A stretch of DNA of 63,487 nucleotides, the filler included, from Perkinsus chesapeaki ATCC PRA-425 (taxonomy: Eukaryota > Protista > Perkinsozoa), in NCBI GenBank assembly GCA_013115145.1. It is 7 parts of 7 records of this genome, joined end to end, with 100 filler letters (N's around TTAATTAATTAA, not from the genome) between each part and the next. Parts side by side here need not be neighbours in the genome. Positions count along the whole stretch, not along the records: positions 19,060 to 39,776 come from JAAPAO010000612.1; positions 39,877 to 45,485 come from JAAPAO010001140.1; 5 more parts are not named here. One strand, written 5' to 3'. Each line of letters begins with the position of its first letter. The stretch's first letter is position 1. Made by a program: the position numbers and the translations under genes. Below, piece by piece: positions 29,343-41,747 of this stretch. The notes beneath the pieces were generated by a model that did no database searches, had not been told where the DNA came from, and saw nothing but the letters and a program-made list of their open reading frames with translations.

Positions 29343-30104
29343 CTAGTTGCTAGCCGCTGCCGCAATAATGTCAGTGAACTGCGGCTTCAGTGACGCACCG
29401 CCCACCAAGAAACCATCGACGTCTGGGCATTTGATAAGTTCGCCACAGTTATCAGGGGTGACTGAGCCTCCATACAGTATCCTAGTACCATCAGCCACCT
29501 CGGGACTGACCTTAGACTTCAGATAGGCCCTAACGGTAGCGTGGGTCTCCTGAGCCTGCTCAGTAGTAGCGACCTTGCCGGTACCGATGGCCCAGACAGG
29601 TTCGTAGGCAATGACGATGTTGTTCCAGTCCTTAACAACGGGGACAATGGCATCCATCTGAGTGGCGCAGACCTCATCAGTCTTGCCGGACTCACGCTCC
29701 TCGAGCTGCTCACCAATGCAGAAGATGATCTTCAAACCGGCAGCCTCGGCCTTCACGACCTTGGCGGCTAGATCCTCGTTAGTCTCCTTGAAGATGTGAC
29801 GTCTTTCACTATGACCGAGAATAGTCCAATCCAAGCCCATATCTTTAATCATATCAGCAGTAACCTCACCAGTGTAGGCACCTGGGCCGGTTCTGCTGCA
29901 GTTCTGAGCGGAGATCTGAATGTTAGAGCCCTTGAACTGCTCCTGGGCCAACTGCAGATGGACGTAGGTAGGGGCAATGACAACATCAACGGCGTTCTTG
30001 TCGTACTTGGCCTCATCAGCTTTGAGCTGGGAAGCGAGGGCCTTGATAGACTCAACGCTACCGTTGGACTTCCAGTTACCACCAACGAAAGGTTTACGAG
30101 ACAT
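29343..30104 (-). CDS. TPI: Triosephosphate isomerase, intronless, 253 aa
   Basis: FVGGNWK (catalytic Lys), ILGHSERR (His), AYEPVWAIGTG (Glu and loop 6), YGGSV, VGGASL. Confidence 0.99.
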   Translation of the reverse strand: MSRKPFVGGNWKSNGSVESIKALASQLKADEAKYDKNAVDVVIAPTYVHLQLAQEQFKGSNIQISAQNCSRTGPGAYTGEVTADMIKDMGLDWTILGHSERRHIFKETNEDLAAKVVKAEAAGLKIIFCIGEQLEERESGKTDEVCATQMDAIVPVVKDWNNIVIAYEPVWAIGTGKVATTEQAQETHATVRAYLKSKVSPEVADGTRILYGGSVTPDNCGELIKCPDVDGFLVGGASLKPQFTDIIAAAASN

Positions 30105-30116
30105 GATGATTATCTT

Positions 30117-30135
30117 CTGCCAATAAAAAACAAAA
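30117..30135 (-). promoter_or_regulatory. Candidate splice acceptor (trans-splice or 5' UTR intron) upstream of TPI
   Basis: Minus strand TTTTGTTTTTTATTGGCAG ends 12 nt before the TPI ATG. Trans-splicing is known in perkinsids; use of this site is inferred. Confidence 0.45.
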
Positions 30136-30288
30136 CTGCGCTGATGACAGCGGAGCGATGCACTGATAAAAGCGCGCGCCCTGGTGATCGATTTCCCTGG
30201 ATCTCGATTAACTCGACACCTCGGTGATGATTCATAGGATTGAGCTGAATGCTCAATAGTAATGTTGGAGGATCAACAAACGATGGAG

Positions 30289-32267
30289 CTAAGTGACTTG
30301 AACAGTAGACTTGGTCTGCTTGCTCTTAAATACAAAGGCAGCTAGAGCGGCTAATGTAGCAGTTAATACAACACCACCGATGGCAATATTAATACGATGA
30401 TGTTGTCTCTGATATGATGCATAATTAATACATTCATCTTTAGACATACCAGTACGTCCACGCCAATGGGATTGATAAATCTAAACAATAATTAATAATA
30501 ATTATATTTATTATTTTATTATTACACCAGACGTGAATGCCTTCCTCTCACTATGTTTTAATATCTTATTAAGGTTACTTGGTGTAACATAACCATACCA
30601 ATCACCAGAATCGGAGAACTTTAAGTCGTATACAATCAACTACACAACGACAACAATCATCACCATCATTTCCCGCATAACCATTACTACATTTCCAGCG
30701 AACTTGTGGCCGCCAATATGGCTGCATTTCCTCACATGGGTCCTCGAGTCCTGCAGCTTTTCTATACACTCCGCCAGCTCCGGCCCACAGCGACCGCACC
30801 GACGATCTCTGTGTCCATGAGCGCATACAAAGATGTGCCTGAGCATGCAGTATGGGCAACGCCCACTAGTAGACAGTAGTGCCGGTGGAATCCCGGACGG
30901 ACATCAATGGTTATTCCCTTAAGTAACGCAGGCGACACTCTTTCTATCACCAGCAACCTTCTATCACACTGCAGCTTTGGTACACGTTTCCGTCCGAAGT
31001 GCGAGGAATCTTACCTTGATTCGTGCGCCACGGGAGTGCCTCGCGGATGGCTCACAATTGCCATATCCGATTCGACTTCACACTTAACTCGCCGTACATC
31101 CTCACCCGCCCGAACCCGCAGTCCTTGCGGAAAGAATAACTAATAGGGCTCCTTAGTCCTCGAAGCTCATGCACTATAGTACCACATCACCATCTCTGTC
31201 TTCACCCGAGATGCCTTCTGCAACCAACACAGGATAGCTCTTCGGCAGAGACTTCTTCAACAACGAGACGATGCTCTGAAATGACGCCGCTCTACCCCAA
31301 AGTGGAACGTGTAAAAAACAAATCCAGATTTTGCTTAGTCTTCCCCCGAATGACAAAGTTATTTCTTCACCAGTAGTGTCGACCACTGCCCTACCGACCA
31401 AATGACTGATGAAAAGGAATACGAGACTTTCAGAACATCCAGTCCGTCCGAGACGACTTCACTATCATGCCGTTTAAGGACTAAACACTTACTGACTGGA
31501 ATAACTATTCGCCTCCTCAACAGGCCCTCCTAGTAGTAAAATAATAATGCGATATAGCAATGGTCATCTCCTAATAAATTTAAATATTAAATAGTATAAT
31601 GCATTAATAGTAACCTTCCAATAGTATAATGCATTAATAGTAACCTTCCAATAGTATAATGCATTAATAGTAACCTTCCAATAGTATAATGCATTAATAG
31701 TAACCTTCCAATAGTATAATGCNNNNNNNNNNNNNNNNNNNNNNNNNNNNNNNNNNNNNNNNNNNNNNNNNNNNNNNNNNNNNNNNNNNNNNNNNNNNNN
31801 NNNNNNNNNNNNNNNNNNNNGCATTAATAGTTATCTCCTAATAGTATAATGCATTAATAGTAACCTTCCAATAGTATAATGCATTAATAGTTATCTCCCA
31901 ATAGTATAAGTGATTGGAGCAGTAAAACTCCAGGTGCTACTACTTCCTAAGTCCCCCCTAGTATGCCGTTACACGCCAGCTCCCACGATACCTACGATAA
32001 TCCTCGTATCGGTTTTAGTAGCATCACTCGGCCAATCGTTATGCTTACCGTACACCACGAAGGCCTGCCCCAGAAGCTTCTTAATTGACCCCATCACAGG
32101 CTCGCTATCTAAATGCCATTCAACTGACTTCTACTATATAGAGCAGTACTCATCTCGGGCCTGTCAAAGCCGCAACAGCTGCAGTCTGGCGGGCACGGTG
32201 GCACCTGCTCTTCATTGCTGTCACTCGACTCCGGTGACGAAGTTGGTGTAGGAATATTACTGGCCAT
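30289..32267 (-). CDS. Sucrase/ferredoxin-like (Apd1/Aim32-type) 2Fe-2S protein with C-terminal hydrophobic anchor
   Basis: Exons give CGFDRPEM|NSEPVMGSIKKLLGQAFVVYGKHNDWPSD..., IFVCAHGHRDRRCGRCGP...KCSHIGGHKFAGNV (C-x8-C...HxGGH), DWYGYVTP, HWRGRTGMS and IAIGGVVLTATLAALAAFVFKSK. One intron spans a minisatellite and an N gap. Confidence 0.85.
31590..31909. repeat. 30-bp minisatellite interrupted by a 98-N gap (31723-31820)
   Basis: AATAGTATAATGCATTAATAGTAACCTTCC: 4.4 copies before the gap and about 3 variant copies after. Confidence 0.95.
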
Positions 32268-32520
32268 ACGGAAAGTGGATCATGTTCTGATCATTGCTCT
32301 AGTCGGGCAAGTATTGTTTATAAATTCAATGGAACGGTCCGGAAGTCTAAATGACCATTTCTGTGAACTCTCGAGAGACCTGATTTCCCGACATCACTTG
32401 GCCTCTCTCCCACTCTATCCTGTCACTAACACAACGCCACCGCAAGAGATCACGATTACTAGGGGGCACTGCCTAATGGCAAATCCACCTTAGAACAAAT
32501 TAATAACGATATCGCAGCGG

Positions 32521-33542
32521 CTACTCCTCCTCAGTAACCTTGACATCGTCCTACCACAGCAAAAACCCTAGGCCACCAAACTCTACATGCCACTACCTTA
32601 ATGCAGACGTATATGTAATGAACGTTATCCTTATCATCACCACCGATGGCTGACGTCATTCCCATCATTGGTTTGGCAACTGTATGGACCTGACAGAAGA
32701 AGCCTCGCTGCATGGTGCTCATGCCCTAAGGGTCGCTTCACACCATCGTAAGGAATTTCATAAACCACAGATCCTGATAGAGGAAGCCCAGAGGTGGGAA
32801 GCCGGAAATCCTTAATCGCGCGAATGAGAGCCTTGAGCAATCTGCTTACCTTCACAGACCACTGGAACTCCGGTTTCTGTAGATAGGTGAGACGATAGCT
32901 CTGCTGTCCATGGGAGATGCATACATAGACACCATTAGAAGGATTGAGTACTCGAGATACCTACAATGGAAAGATACTTCAACCCCAAACAAAACGTTTC
33001 CCGACCTCGCTGAGCATCTTTTGAGCGTTTTGACTGGAGCCCTCACCGCACAGTATAGAATCCAGAGTACCCTTGTCAATGACAACATCGAACATACCAT
33101 CACCAAACTCGAATGCCCTACCAAAGTTCTCCAAGCCATTTTACGACCACCACACTGCCCACCTGCAATCAGCCTGCTGATACACCATACCAGGCTTATC
33201 CTGATACCGCTCCTCCATCTGCTTTATCACCACACCTACCCCAACCAGATCAACACACACTCACTTTTTCCATAGTACCCGATATATCCACATTAACAAT
33301 ATTCTGATACCCTTCCTCATACATCTCTTCGCTCAATTTAGAGTTCCCGGCTCCCACGTTAAGGATCTTGCTATCGGGCTTAACATATTCCTGGACAACC
33401 TGCCAATAACCTGATAATGCCTGCTGAACGAAGCGACATCTACTACATCCTTCAAGCCTGCCCAACGCTGATACCAGTCGAACGGCTCAGGATCGCGAGT
33501 ATAGCGCTCATCCCAGTACTCAGGGCGACCGTACTGCGCCAT
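32521..33542 (-). CDS. Class I SAM-dependent methyltransferase (EEF1AKMT4/METTL13 N-domain-like), multi-exon
   Basis: MAQYGRPEYWDERYTRDPEPFDWYQRW, KILNVGAGNSKLSEEMYEEGYQNIVNVDIS, FDVVIDKGTLDSILCG, VSRVLNPSNGVYVCISHG, HYIYVCIK | DDVKVTEEE*. Confidence 0.9.
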
Positions 33543-33673
33543 AGGTGGGGTTTACAGTATTTACTAAGGCATCAATTGATACACTTAAACACGGTAAGCG
33601 GCGGACACTAGAGAAGTCATTGAGTGAATGATATTAAAGATACTATTAGGGAGAGATAAAGATACGCTAACAG

Positions 33674-34807
33674 CTACTTTGTGGAATCAGCGTCATCTGG
33701 GTTTGATATCTTTCCAATGAAGGCCATACGACCAGTTAGGTTATGCTTAACAATGAAATAAAACGGTCTGTTGACAACCATCTCGAATGCATCTGGTGGA
33801 GGCATCACAAATGCGCGGTTCATAACCATAGCACTCGCCGCAGCAGCTTCGGTGCCTTCCTCATTCACCTTGAGGACAGCCTTATGGAAGACACTGCTGA
33901 TCTGCAAAGGCCCGTCGGACATACCCGAGTAGTCACCAGATAGCTGCAGACCTTCTTCTTCCAGTAGACCAGTGATGTCCCTAACTTCACCCTCAACATC
34001 AAACTTCGGCAACAGCACAACGCCAGGTGTTGCCTTCATGCCAGCCATCCAGGTTTCGTATGAAGTAGATACCAAAGCAGCGTTGCACTTCGTCTCGCTA
34101 GGCAAGGCAATGACGGCAGAGTACTCCGGCTGGGAATAAGGAATAGAAACAACCTGGTAGTCGCCGTCAGAAAAGTACTGAAAGACGTTCATATTTTGCT
34201 TGGTCTCAGGGCTCTCAGCGGTCATCATCGAAACCAGCTTAGTGCTACCATCGGCCAGATGGAACTGCATAGGCCGAGTCTTGAAGGTGTTAAACTTAAC
34301 CTTCCAAGAATCTTTGAAGTACGCAGCGTTGACAAGCACTGCGCCGTCCTTAGGCGGATCATCTTCTAGTATCCTGTCAATAAGATGCTTAGTGTTTTCA
34401 TCAACCCAATTATTGATTCTCTCCTTAGTAGGGGACTCCCGGAAGGCCTGGGCTGCCGGCATTCGGTCAACAACGGTCTTCAAGTAATCTTCACGGAGAA
34501 CACTCGACCAGACCGAGTTAGCTAGTATCATCGCATTCGACGTGTAGTTCTCATGCAGGAGCTCATCTAAGGGCCCCGTCAGTTTCAGTATAGCTGTTAA
34601 TGCTTCGCCTAACAGACGTAAATGCTAGAGCTGAAAGATTCTTCGAAGCTCACCTTTGGCGCCTAGCTCGACCATCGCCAAAGTCTGGGTAATGGACAGA
34701 GGGCTTATAACAACGTTATCATTCTCATTTTCAGCCAGCTTCGACAACAGAAAAAACGGCAGTATTTCCATTTGAATATTAGACGACGGGTGAAAAGAGT
34801 ACCGCAT
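33674..34807 (-). CDS. Serpin, two exons (intron 34609-34653)
   Basis: NVVISPLSITQTLAMVELGAK|GE, INNWVDENTKHLI, LVNAAYFKDSW, hinge/RCL KVNEEGTEAAAASAMVMNRAF, NRPFYFIV, FIGKISNP. Start is ATG 34807 or ATG 34771. Confidence 0.95.
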
Positions 34808-34926
34808 TTGCTACAAATAGTAAATCTTGCACTCTTGCAATATCTTGCCATTTCCTTAACGATGATCAAAGCGCATTGTCAAGATTCCGGGTGGTTTCTA
34901 CCTTATCAGCGGTAGGTTGTTGTAGA

Positions 34927-35667
34927 ATGGGCAAACCGAAGACAAGAGCAGACCATGCGGCAGCCCGGGAGCGGAAGGAAGAAAAACGGGCCAAAAAAGA
35001 GGAAGCAAAACGGATAAGCAACCAACAAGTAACAATACTATTCGAACTCTCGACCGTTGGTATCTCCGGTTAGTTCACTGACAACATTAAAAGGCAGTAT
35101 AATGACGCTGAAAAAACCTATATGAATATGACCGAGCAAGTTGAAAAGTAACGCTCCGCAACATACATCATAACACCTCAGAATGCATTTAGGTTGACCG
35201 CTCGTATCATGTACGAAATGCGGGAGAAAAGGCTGGCGGAGCTCTCAGTGCAGCACTTAGGGGAGTTCCAAGAGCTCGACGAGGGTGGCACCTCAGCAAC
35301 GGTAGCGGATGACACACTTTGACCGGAGCATCATTGTGGAGCATTCAGATGCCTACGGAGATAAACGATAGGGACTCTGTGAGATTCTTCCGCCCCAGTG
35401 GGCGAATGTTCGTTGTGAGCTCTCGTAAGGAAATGCTCGACAATGCTGAAACGAAGATTCGCGAATGCGATGAGGCGATACCCAAGCTGAAAGGGATCCA
35501 TCAAAGATTCTCAGAGAAACAGAGCGAGGTAGCATATCCGACTTCGCAACGCGAGACCCTCGGTATCTCTGTAGGCTAAACGTAATGTCGACGACATAAT
35601 AGAGATGGTGGAGAAAATGGGAGGCCGAGCAGTTCCTAAAAGCGGCGCCCCTGTGGAAGCTTCCTGA
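34927..35667 (+). CDS. Prefoldin beta-type subunit (most like subunit 1), multi-exon
   Basis: Spliced ...MTEQVEK|LTARIMYEMREKRLAELSVQHL...MPTEINDRDSVRFFRPSGRMFVVSSRKEMLDNAETKIRECDEAIPKLK...|AKRNVDDIIEM. Helix-hairpin-helix layout with the GRMF motif. Confidence 0.65.
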
Positions 35668-35799
35668 GGAATTAGTTTAACCTGAAGAGTACATGTGTAC
35701 AGCTACTGTGAAGATTCGGCGTTTTCGTCCTGTTTGATTTGTGTTGTCATACGGTAGTGAGCATTCCTGGATGAGTCTGTGTGAATTTCTGAGCGAAAT

Positions 35800-38781
35800 A
35801 TGGTACCAATCGAATCCGTGAAAACTCCTACACAAGTAAACGACAGCGACGACGGTCTTTTAGAAAAGTAAGCGTCGCAGACAAGGTGAATAGCGAAGCT
35901 GTAAAGCAGATATTACAAGAATTCTCACGCGCCCAGTGGACGAGAAATTGCCGATGAGCTAGCACAGTCTATCTTTCCAGGGTATCGCAGGTTCATGGAA
36001 GGGTGAGAGATACGTTTACCGGCTATCCACTGAAACTCGAAGGTACACTGAATCGATGTACCGACCAACCGCGAAGAAACACGACGAGAAAGAGCAGCTC
36101 AGGCCCGGTGCAGGTATTCGTGGCGCCTTTACTTACGAACCAAATGCGTTCACACAGTACTAGCACCCACACTTGTAACCTACACAGAGCTCTTTGTCCC
36201 AACGCACGACGGCGCCATGCCCCGGTCATGTCTGTTATAAGCTCCGGCAGGCTGAGTTAATGGAATGCCTCTCAGGTAGTGCATCAAGTATTCTGGATCA
36301 CTTCCGAGAGAAGGCGCGACTCATTCCGAAGCCCAACAGCGATCCAGACCGGGCCAGCTATATTGCAAGGTAAGGTGTTCCCGCCTCATGATATATTGCC
36401 ATCTGCTAATGATAAGATGGGAAACCAGACTCGCCCTGACCAATAGAGCTGTCGACTCCTTGACGAAACTTACTATTTGACTTGGTCAAGCCGACTAGCC
36501 GTGCATGTTGTAGGGCATGAATCGCTTCACAACGCACCACAGTCTTGTCAGTGCCAACTTGGCACTGCCACGTTGTTACGATCTATAGGAGCTACATCGT
36601 AGCTTCACATCCTTGGAATATTTCACTTCGCTTTCAACCAATCTATTGTTCGAATGCTGCTTCGCTATCAGCGACCTCGCCTGATAGCTGCTTGCTCATG
36701 GACACGAAAGAAGTCTTTGGGCAAGAAAGAAAGGGCGAAGCAAGGGCGAAAGAAGTTTTGTTGTAGGTATATTGCTTCTCGAGGAAAGACCACACATTGG
36801 GAGGATGATTCTGCTGCCCGTCGGGCGACTCTCCGTAAGGCTTTGCTCACCCGGAATTGGAATTCACTTATTCCATTGAATCTCGGTGCAGGCCTTCGTG
36901 GAGCACTAAGAAGTCGAAATAGGCCGCAGACGGTGCCTAGTGAACCCCACGAGGCTGCGCCGGAGGGGTGCTCAGTTCTTGAGTAAAAGCCGCTTCACAA
37001 ATTCGGCACTGTCAGCAACCTCTTCTCAGAGCGATTCCTCCGCGAAATGACAGGAAGCGTTCTTCGGTCACTCGAGCGTCCTTCGATGACAGTGTCAAGT
37101 AAGTTTTGCAAGTTCGAAATTCCGTCAGAGGTGATCGTTCGCCCGCCTACCTCCTACATCCAGCCTAACTCATCATAGGTCTCGTGAAGGTTGGGCATCA
37201 GAGAGATCACGGTCTGTGGAAAGGCGAGGATCACGATATAACTCGCTTCCTGGTGGAGTCAATCCAGAGTAAGGAGCAGCTCCCGTTGGATCGAACGCGC
37301 ATTGCTTGCCCAACGTATCAGGTTCCGCCGCCGGTACCGCAAAGATGCATGCGAAGCACTTCGAATCTTAGTTCTTGGCAGTCAGAACTCGGAAGGTAAA
37401 CGGGTTCGACTCTCCACATTGCGTGAACCCTCCAGAGCTGAACTCCATGAAATCACCTACATCATAGATCACGTATTGTAGATACGTAGGTAATTAGCTT
37501 ATCTTATATACGTGTGGTAATCGTAGATCACGGTTCACTTGGCGTCTAGAAAAGTACTATTTGAGTGGTGTGTATTCTCGACACTTTACTGTTTTGTTCT
37601 CCATAATCGTTGTCTACCTGAATCATTCAAGTTGCATGCTTAACTGCAGCTAGCCTTTTCTCAGGAGACCCACCACCGGTCTGCAGTGATCATATTGGAA
37701 CACGGCAGGACGTCGCACGCCTCCACGAGGTATGCCCTTCTCAATGTGCTTCAATAGGCACTGTGTTATCCCTTCAGTTATGGGCTCCATTGGATCCTAA
37801 CGACAAGGGCCAGATCCCATCTCTATCATTTGTGGAGCGGTTTGATGCTCACCGATCAACTAGGGTGCTGGCTATACGTGTGGTAACCTGCCTAACAGAG
37901 AGCCATCCATCAAGTAAGCAAAGTGGTCGCTTTACCCAAGTCATATGGCTCGGATGAGTGCTTTGCTGCTAATCTAGTAGCTCAGCTGATTCTCTCGGAC
38001 AGGTTCGATCAATCTACGGCTTAACGATGTGATCCTCCTCATGTGGCCTCGTGCTGGGCCAGAGGAATTCGATACGATACTACAGTGGCTTCGAGAATTT
38101 CGATCCTATGAGAAGCGAGTGGCCACTCCGCCGGTTATCTCTCGCAAGGCAAGTCAATCTAATTAGTCTGTTGGCTATAGTTGAGGAGCTCAGGTGTGGA
38201 GGGAGCTAGTGGAGAATTTCCGTTACATTGACAGCGACAAGCACGGGACGATTCAGCTGGAAGAGCTTCTTGAGGCCAACATTCTTGGCCCAGACGAGGT
38301 AGCATCGCTGCAGTGGAACTGACCGCTGAATCGGCGGCGCTGATCAATTGGACCCCGCTATTTCGGTTTTAAATGAGAACAACACCAGCATGACTACCTT
38401 AATTGTATAACTACTTGCCCGAATGCAGCTTTGCACGAGGGCTCTGGTTTGTGGACCTTCCTTGCTACATAACGCATTAATGAATGCGCTCTATCCAGGT
38501 GCAGGAACTTATAGACCGATACGATGCAGATGGTGACGGCGAGATCAATGAGTTCGAGTTCTTAACCACGCTCTGCCCAGACGGCTACCGAGCGCATCCT
38601 ACCTCCCGAAAGTAGGTTCAGTGTTATCTTATCCGGCGTTCCCAGCTCCTTTGCAACACATGTGGATGGCAGCAACCCCTATCTCCATCACAGGTGCTTA
38701 AACTCGGAAGGCGATGCCCTGGTCTTTATAGACAATGATTGCTTCACTGGTTGGCTACCGGAGGATGACTTGCCCCTCTGA
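35800..38781 (+). CDS. EF-hand-containing protein, many short exons (could be more than one gene)
   Basis: Canonical EF loop DADGDGEINEFEF at 38523-38561; degenerate loop LDPNDKGQI near 37790; repeated GT-AG exon pattern from ATG 35800 to stop 38781. The full exon chain was not resolved. Confidence 0.55.
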
Positions 38782-39776
38782 TCATATGGGACAACTCTCC
38801 TTCCGGAGATAGTCACTTTGTCATCAACGAATCTAATCGGGGGTCAGGAATTGCAGGGGTGAGGGAGCTCGTGAGACAATGCAAGGGTATACTGTGGAGG
38901 GACTTAAGGTCGTGTTCGCGCCTAAGCAGTTCGATGATGTAGAGTTCACAGTCTGACAATTGGAGGGGGTTACCGCACTTGCGCAACTCTGAAGGAGAAA
39001 AGGTCGACCCGTGCAAGTGAAGGATGCGTTAGCTGTGGCACTTATCGAGTCCCGGAGCTGTGTAGTCTAATATGAGTTTCTTTGGTTTGCGCTGATCGGA
39101 TATTTTATGCCTGTGTCGATTTCTTGTTCCTCGTTCATATGGACGAACACAAGACGAGAAGGGAGTCTACAAAGGCTCCTTCTTACTTACTTTCGCAGGG
39201 GGAATTAGCTGTGCACGCATGTACAATGGAGCGGGCGGTGCACAATGAATAACAGTGTCGGATAATTGATTTATGTGCCATCACAATATTCGCTCGCGGT
39301 CCCTCGGAAATAACAGTGTGCATGTCGGAAACATGACCGGGAAATGCTGTAGTGGACCACTGTCAGTGGTTCGAAGGCGAGTGGCGGCTCGTATCCATCG
39401 AGAGTTACGATCCGGATTGAATCTAATATGGGATACGCGAAGTGTATCGAAGTGAACTCCGAGCGAGGCCAGTCTGCCTCTCGGTCATGCACGCGTGCGC
39501 ATTCTCCATGTCACCATGGCATTGTCGCTGAATCAAGGTCGTATCAAATCTTCCTCGCTGTTCGGTTCCGTGCTTCGAGCTCCCTCCCTCAATGTTAAGC
39601 TAAAGCGCGGACAAACAGGTAGGCCAAACTCGGAAAATGGGATGCGTGATGACCGCCAAAGTAAATACAGTCTTTGGATGGCGGGTGTTGTTGGTACCAG
39701 CCTCCGGGCTGCCACTGGAGAGAACGCGACCCGCCATACGCTAGAGGGATACAGGTCAACCAAAAGTACACTGAGA

Positions 39777-39876
39777 NNNNNNNNNNNNNNNNNNNNNNNN
39801 NNNNNNNNNNNNNNNNNNNNTTAATTAATTAANNNNNNNNNNNNNNNNNNNNNNNNNNNNNNNNNNNNNNNNNNNN
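39777..39876. other. Artificial contig linker
   Basis: 44 N + TTAATTAATTAA + 44 N. Confidence 0.97.
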
Positions 39877-39877
39877 G

Positions 39878-40051
39878 ATTACTTCTGATTCTAAATGGAT
39901 CAAATTGGTTAAAGAGGATATTGAGGATCGTGGTGGGAGATGGAGAAGTCTAAGAAGTGATGTGATGGATAGGAAGAAATGGCATTATTTCACTAATATT
40001 CGGACCGCGCACGTCCCTCAGTTGGATTTATGCGCTTGATGAATGAATGAA
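39878..40051 (+). mobile_element. 3' end of an RTE-like non-LTR retrotransposon
   Basis: Frame reads SKWIKLVKEDIEDRGGRWRSLRSDVMDRKKWHYF...CA*, like the RTE C-terminal W-x3-V-x2-D...G-x-W...DR-x2-W pattern. It is followed directly by a (TGAA)3 tail. Confidence 0.55.
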
Positions 40052-40097
40052 GTAGTAGTAGTAGTATTAGTAGTAGTAGTAAGGGCTATTGTTATTA

Positions 40098-41200
40098 TTA
40101 CCTTATTCTACCAAAAGGTATTATCCTCTTATTTGAATTCTCATCAATCAAGTTTTTATCTAATTTAATAACATCTTCCCATTCATTATCAATAACATGC
40201 TTCAATGTGTTAAAGTTATTAGATGATATCAAACCTCTACACCAAGCAATAATAACACTAACCCAAGCTATATGAAAATAAGGTTCATCAACAACAACCC
40301 CCCATGGATGATGAGGATACCTAATAATAATAACAACAACAACATCATCATGATCATAATCAACATTAAGACATAATAATAACATTACTGCTGCTGCTTC
40401 TGCTTCTGGTGTAATAGTGGTGATGACGATGATGATATCCCTGTCTTGTTGTCCTCCTCCTCCTCTACTTTATCTTTCTTATTCTTCTTGCTGCTGCTGG
40501 TGGTGGTGGTTCTCATTGTTGTTGTTGTTGTCGTCGCTGCTTTCTTAGCTTTTTCAGCGGCTTTTAATGCTTCATTATAATGTTTATTTTCAAATTGTAT
40601 AATAGCTATATGACAATTCCAACCAAATGATTTATCTAAATCAGCTTTAACTTTCTGCGGTATGAGTATCATATCTTCTTCTCCTCCTCCACCACCTATT
40701 TGTCTTATCCTATGGTATGCTGATAGTGTATCGCCTTTACGTATATATGAATGCATTAAATGTATATTCATTTGTGTTAATACTGAATATGGCGTATATT
40801 TATCATTTAATGTTATTAATATAATATTAATAGCATCATCCCATAATCCTAATTCCATTAAACTTTCAACCATTACTTCTCTCATACCATCCAATAATCT
40901 ATAATCTATACCATATTCGATATTCATACCGCACCACTCTCTATTATACCATTTACTATTTAATTTATTATAACCATATTTATTAATATTCGATAAATCT
41001 CTAATAACAACAACAACAATAATAAAAATAATAGTAACTTATTATTATTATTAACTGACTTATTACTTGACAATATTTATTATCTCTTCATGATTACCTG
41101 CATCTGAATATAATTTATCTAATATTCTATATTTATATTCCCATTCTTTATTTAATAAATCTTCAACATCTTTTATATTATCATTATATGGATCTAATAA
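40098..41200 (-). CDS. Hypothetical helical-repeat (TPR-like) protein with low-complexity inserts; exon structure partial
   Basis: VMVESLMELGLWDDAINII, LMHSYIRKGDTLSAYHRI and IAIIQFENKHYNEALKAAEKA resemble TPR helices; GT-AG boundaries are visible. Confidence 0.4.
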
Positions 41201-41747
41201 TAATAACAACATATTATAAACAGCAACTCAATTGTAGTAGTAGTAATTATTATAATGATATATACCTATTAGCGCTGCTGTTGCTACACCACCACCACCA
41301 CCACCATTGTTACTATATTTCATACCAACACCGGGTGGTAGTAGTAGTAAATGATGATGATAATTATCGTATAATGATGATGATGATATATTAACAATAG
41401 CACTATTACTATTAGATGATGATATACTTGTATTATTATTATCATCATTATCACTATTACTAATATCTATTATATTATCATGTTGTCCATTATTAGTATT
41501 ATTATTATCTATACCCATTATAAGGAGGAGGAGGTAGATGATGACAGATGATGATATAGAGTAATATTAAATAATAATAACAACACAATAATAATAAGAA
41601 CTGATTTAAGGATGAGGCCATGAATGATTAATACATGACAACAACAGGGAGAGTAAGAACAAGTCATAATAACAATAATAATACCAACAACATGCCTCAT
41701 CATTATCATTATCATTTTAATCATTATCTTAATTATTGTTACTATTA

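Noticed and set aside
29519-30227. Long ORFs overlapping TPI (and antisense ORFs over the serpin, RT and helicase genes)
   Set aside because: Shadow frames of codon-biased genes, with no recognisable motifs.
31564-31824. ORF with ALYYWKVTIN repeats, and other X-containing ORFs
   Set aside because: Translation through a minisatellite and N runs.
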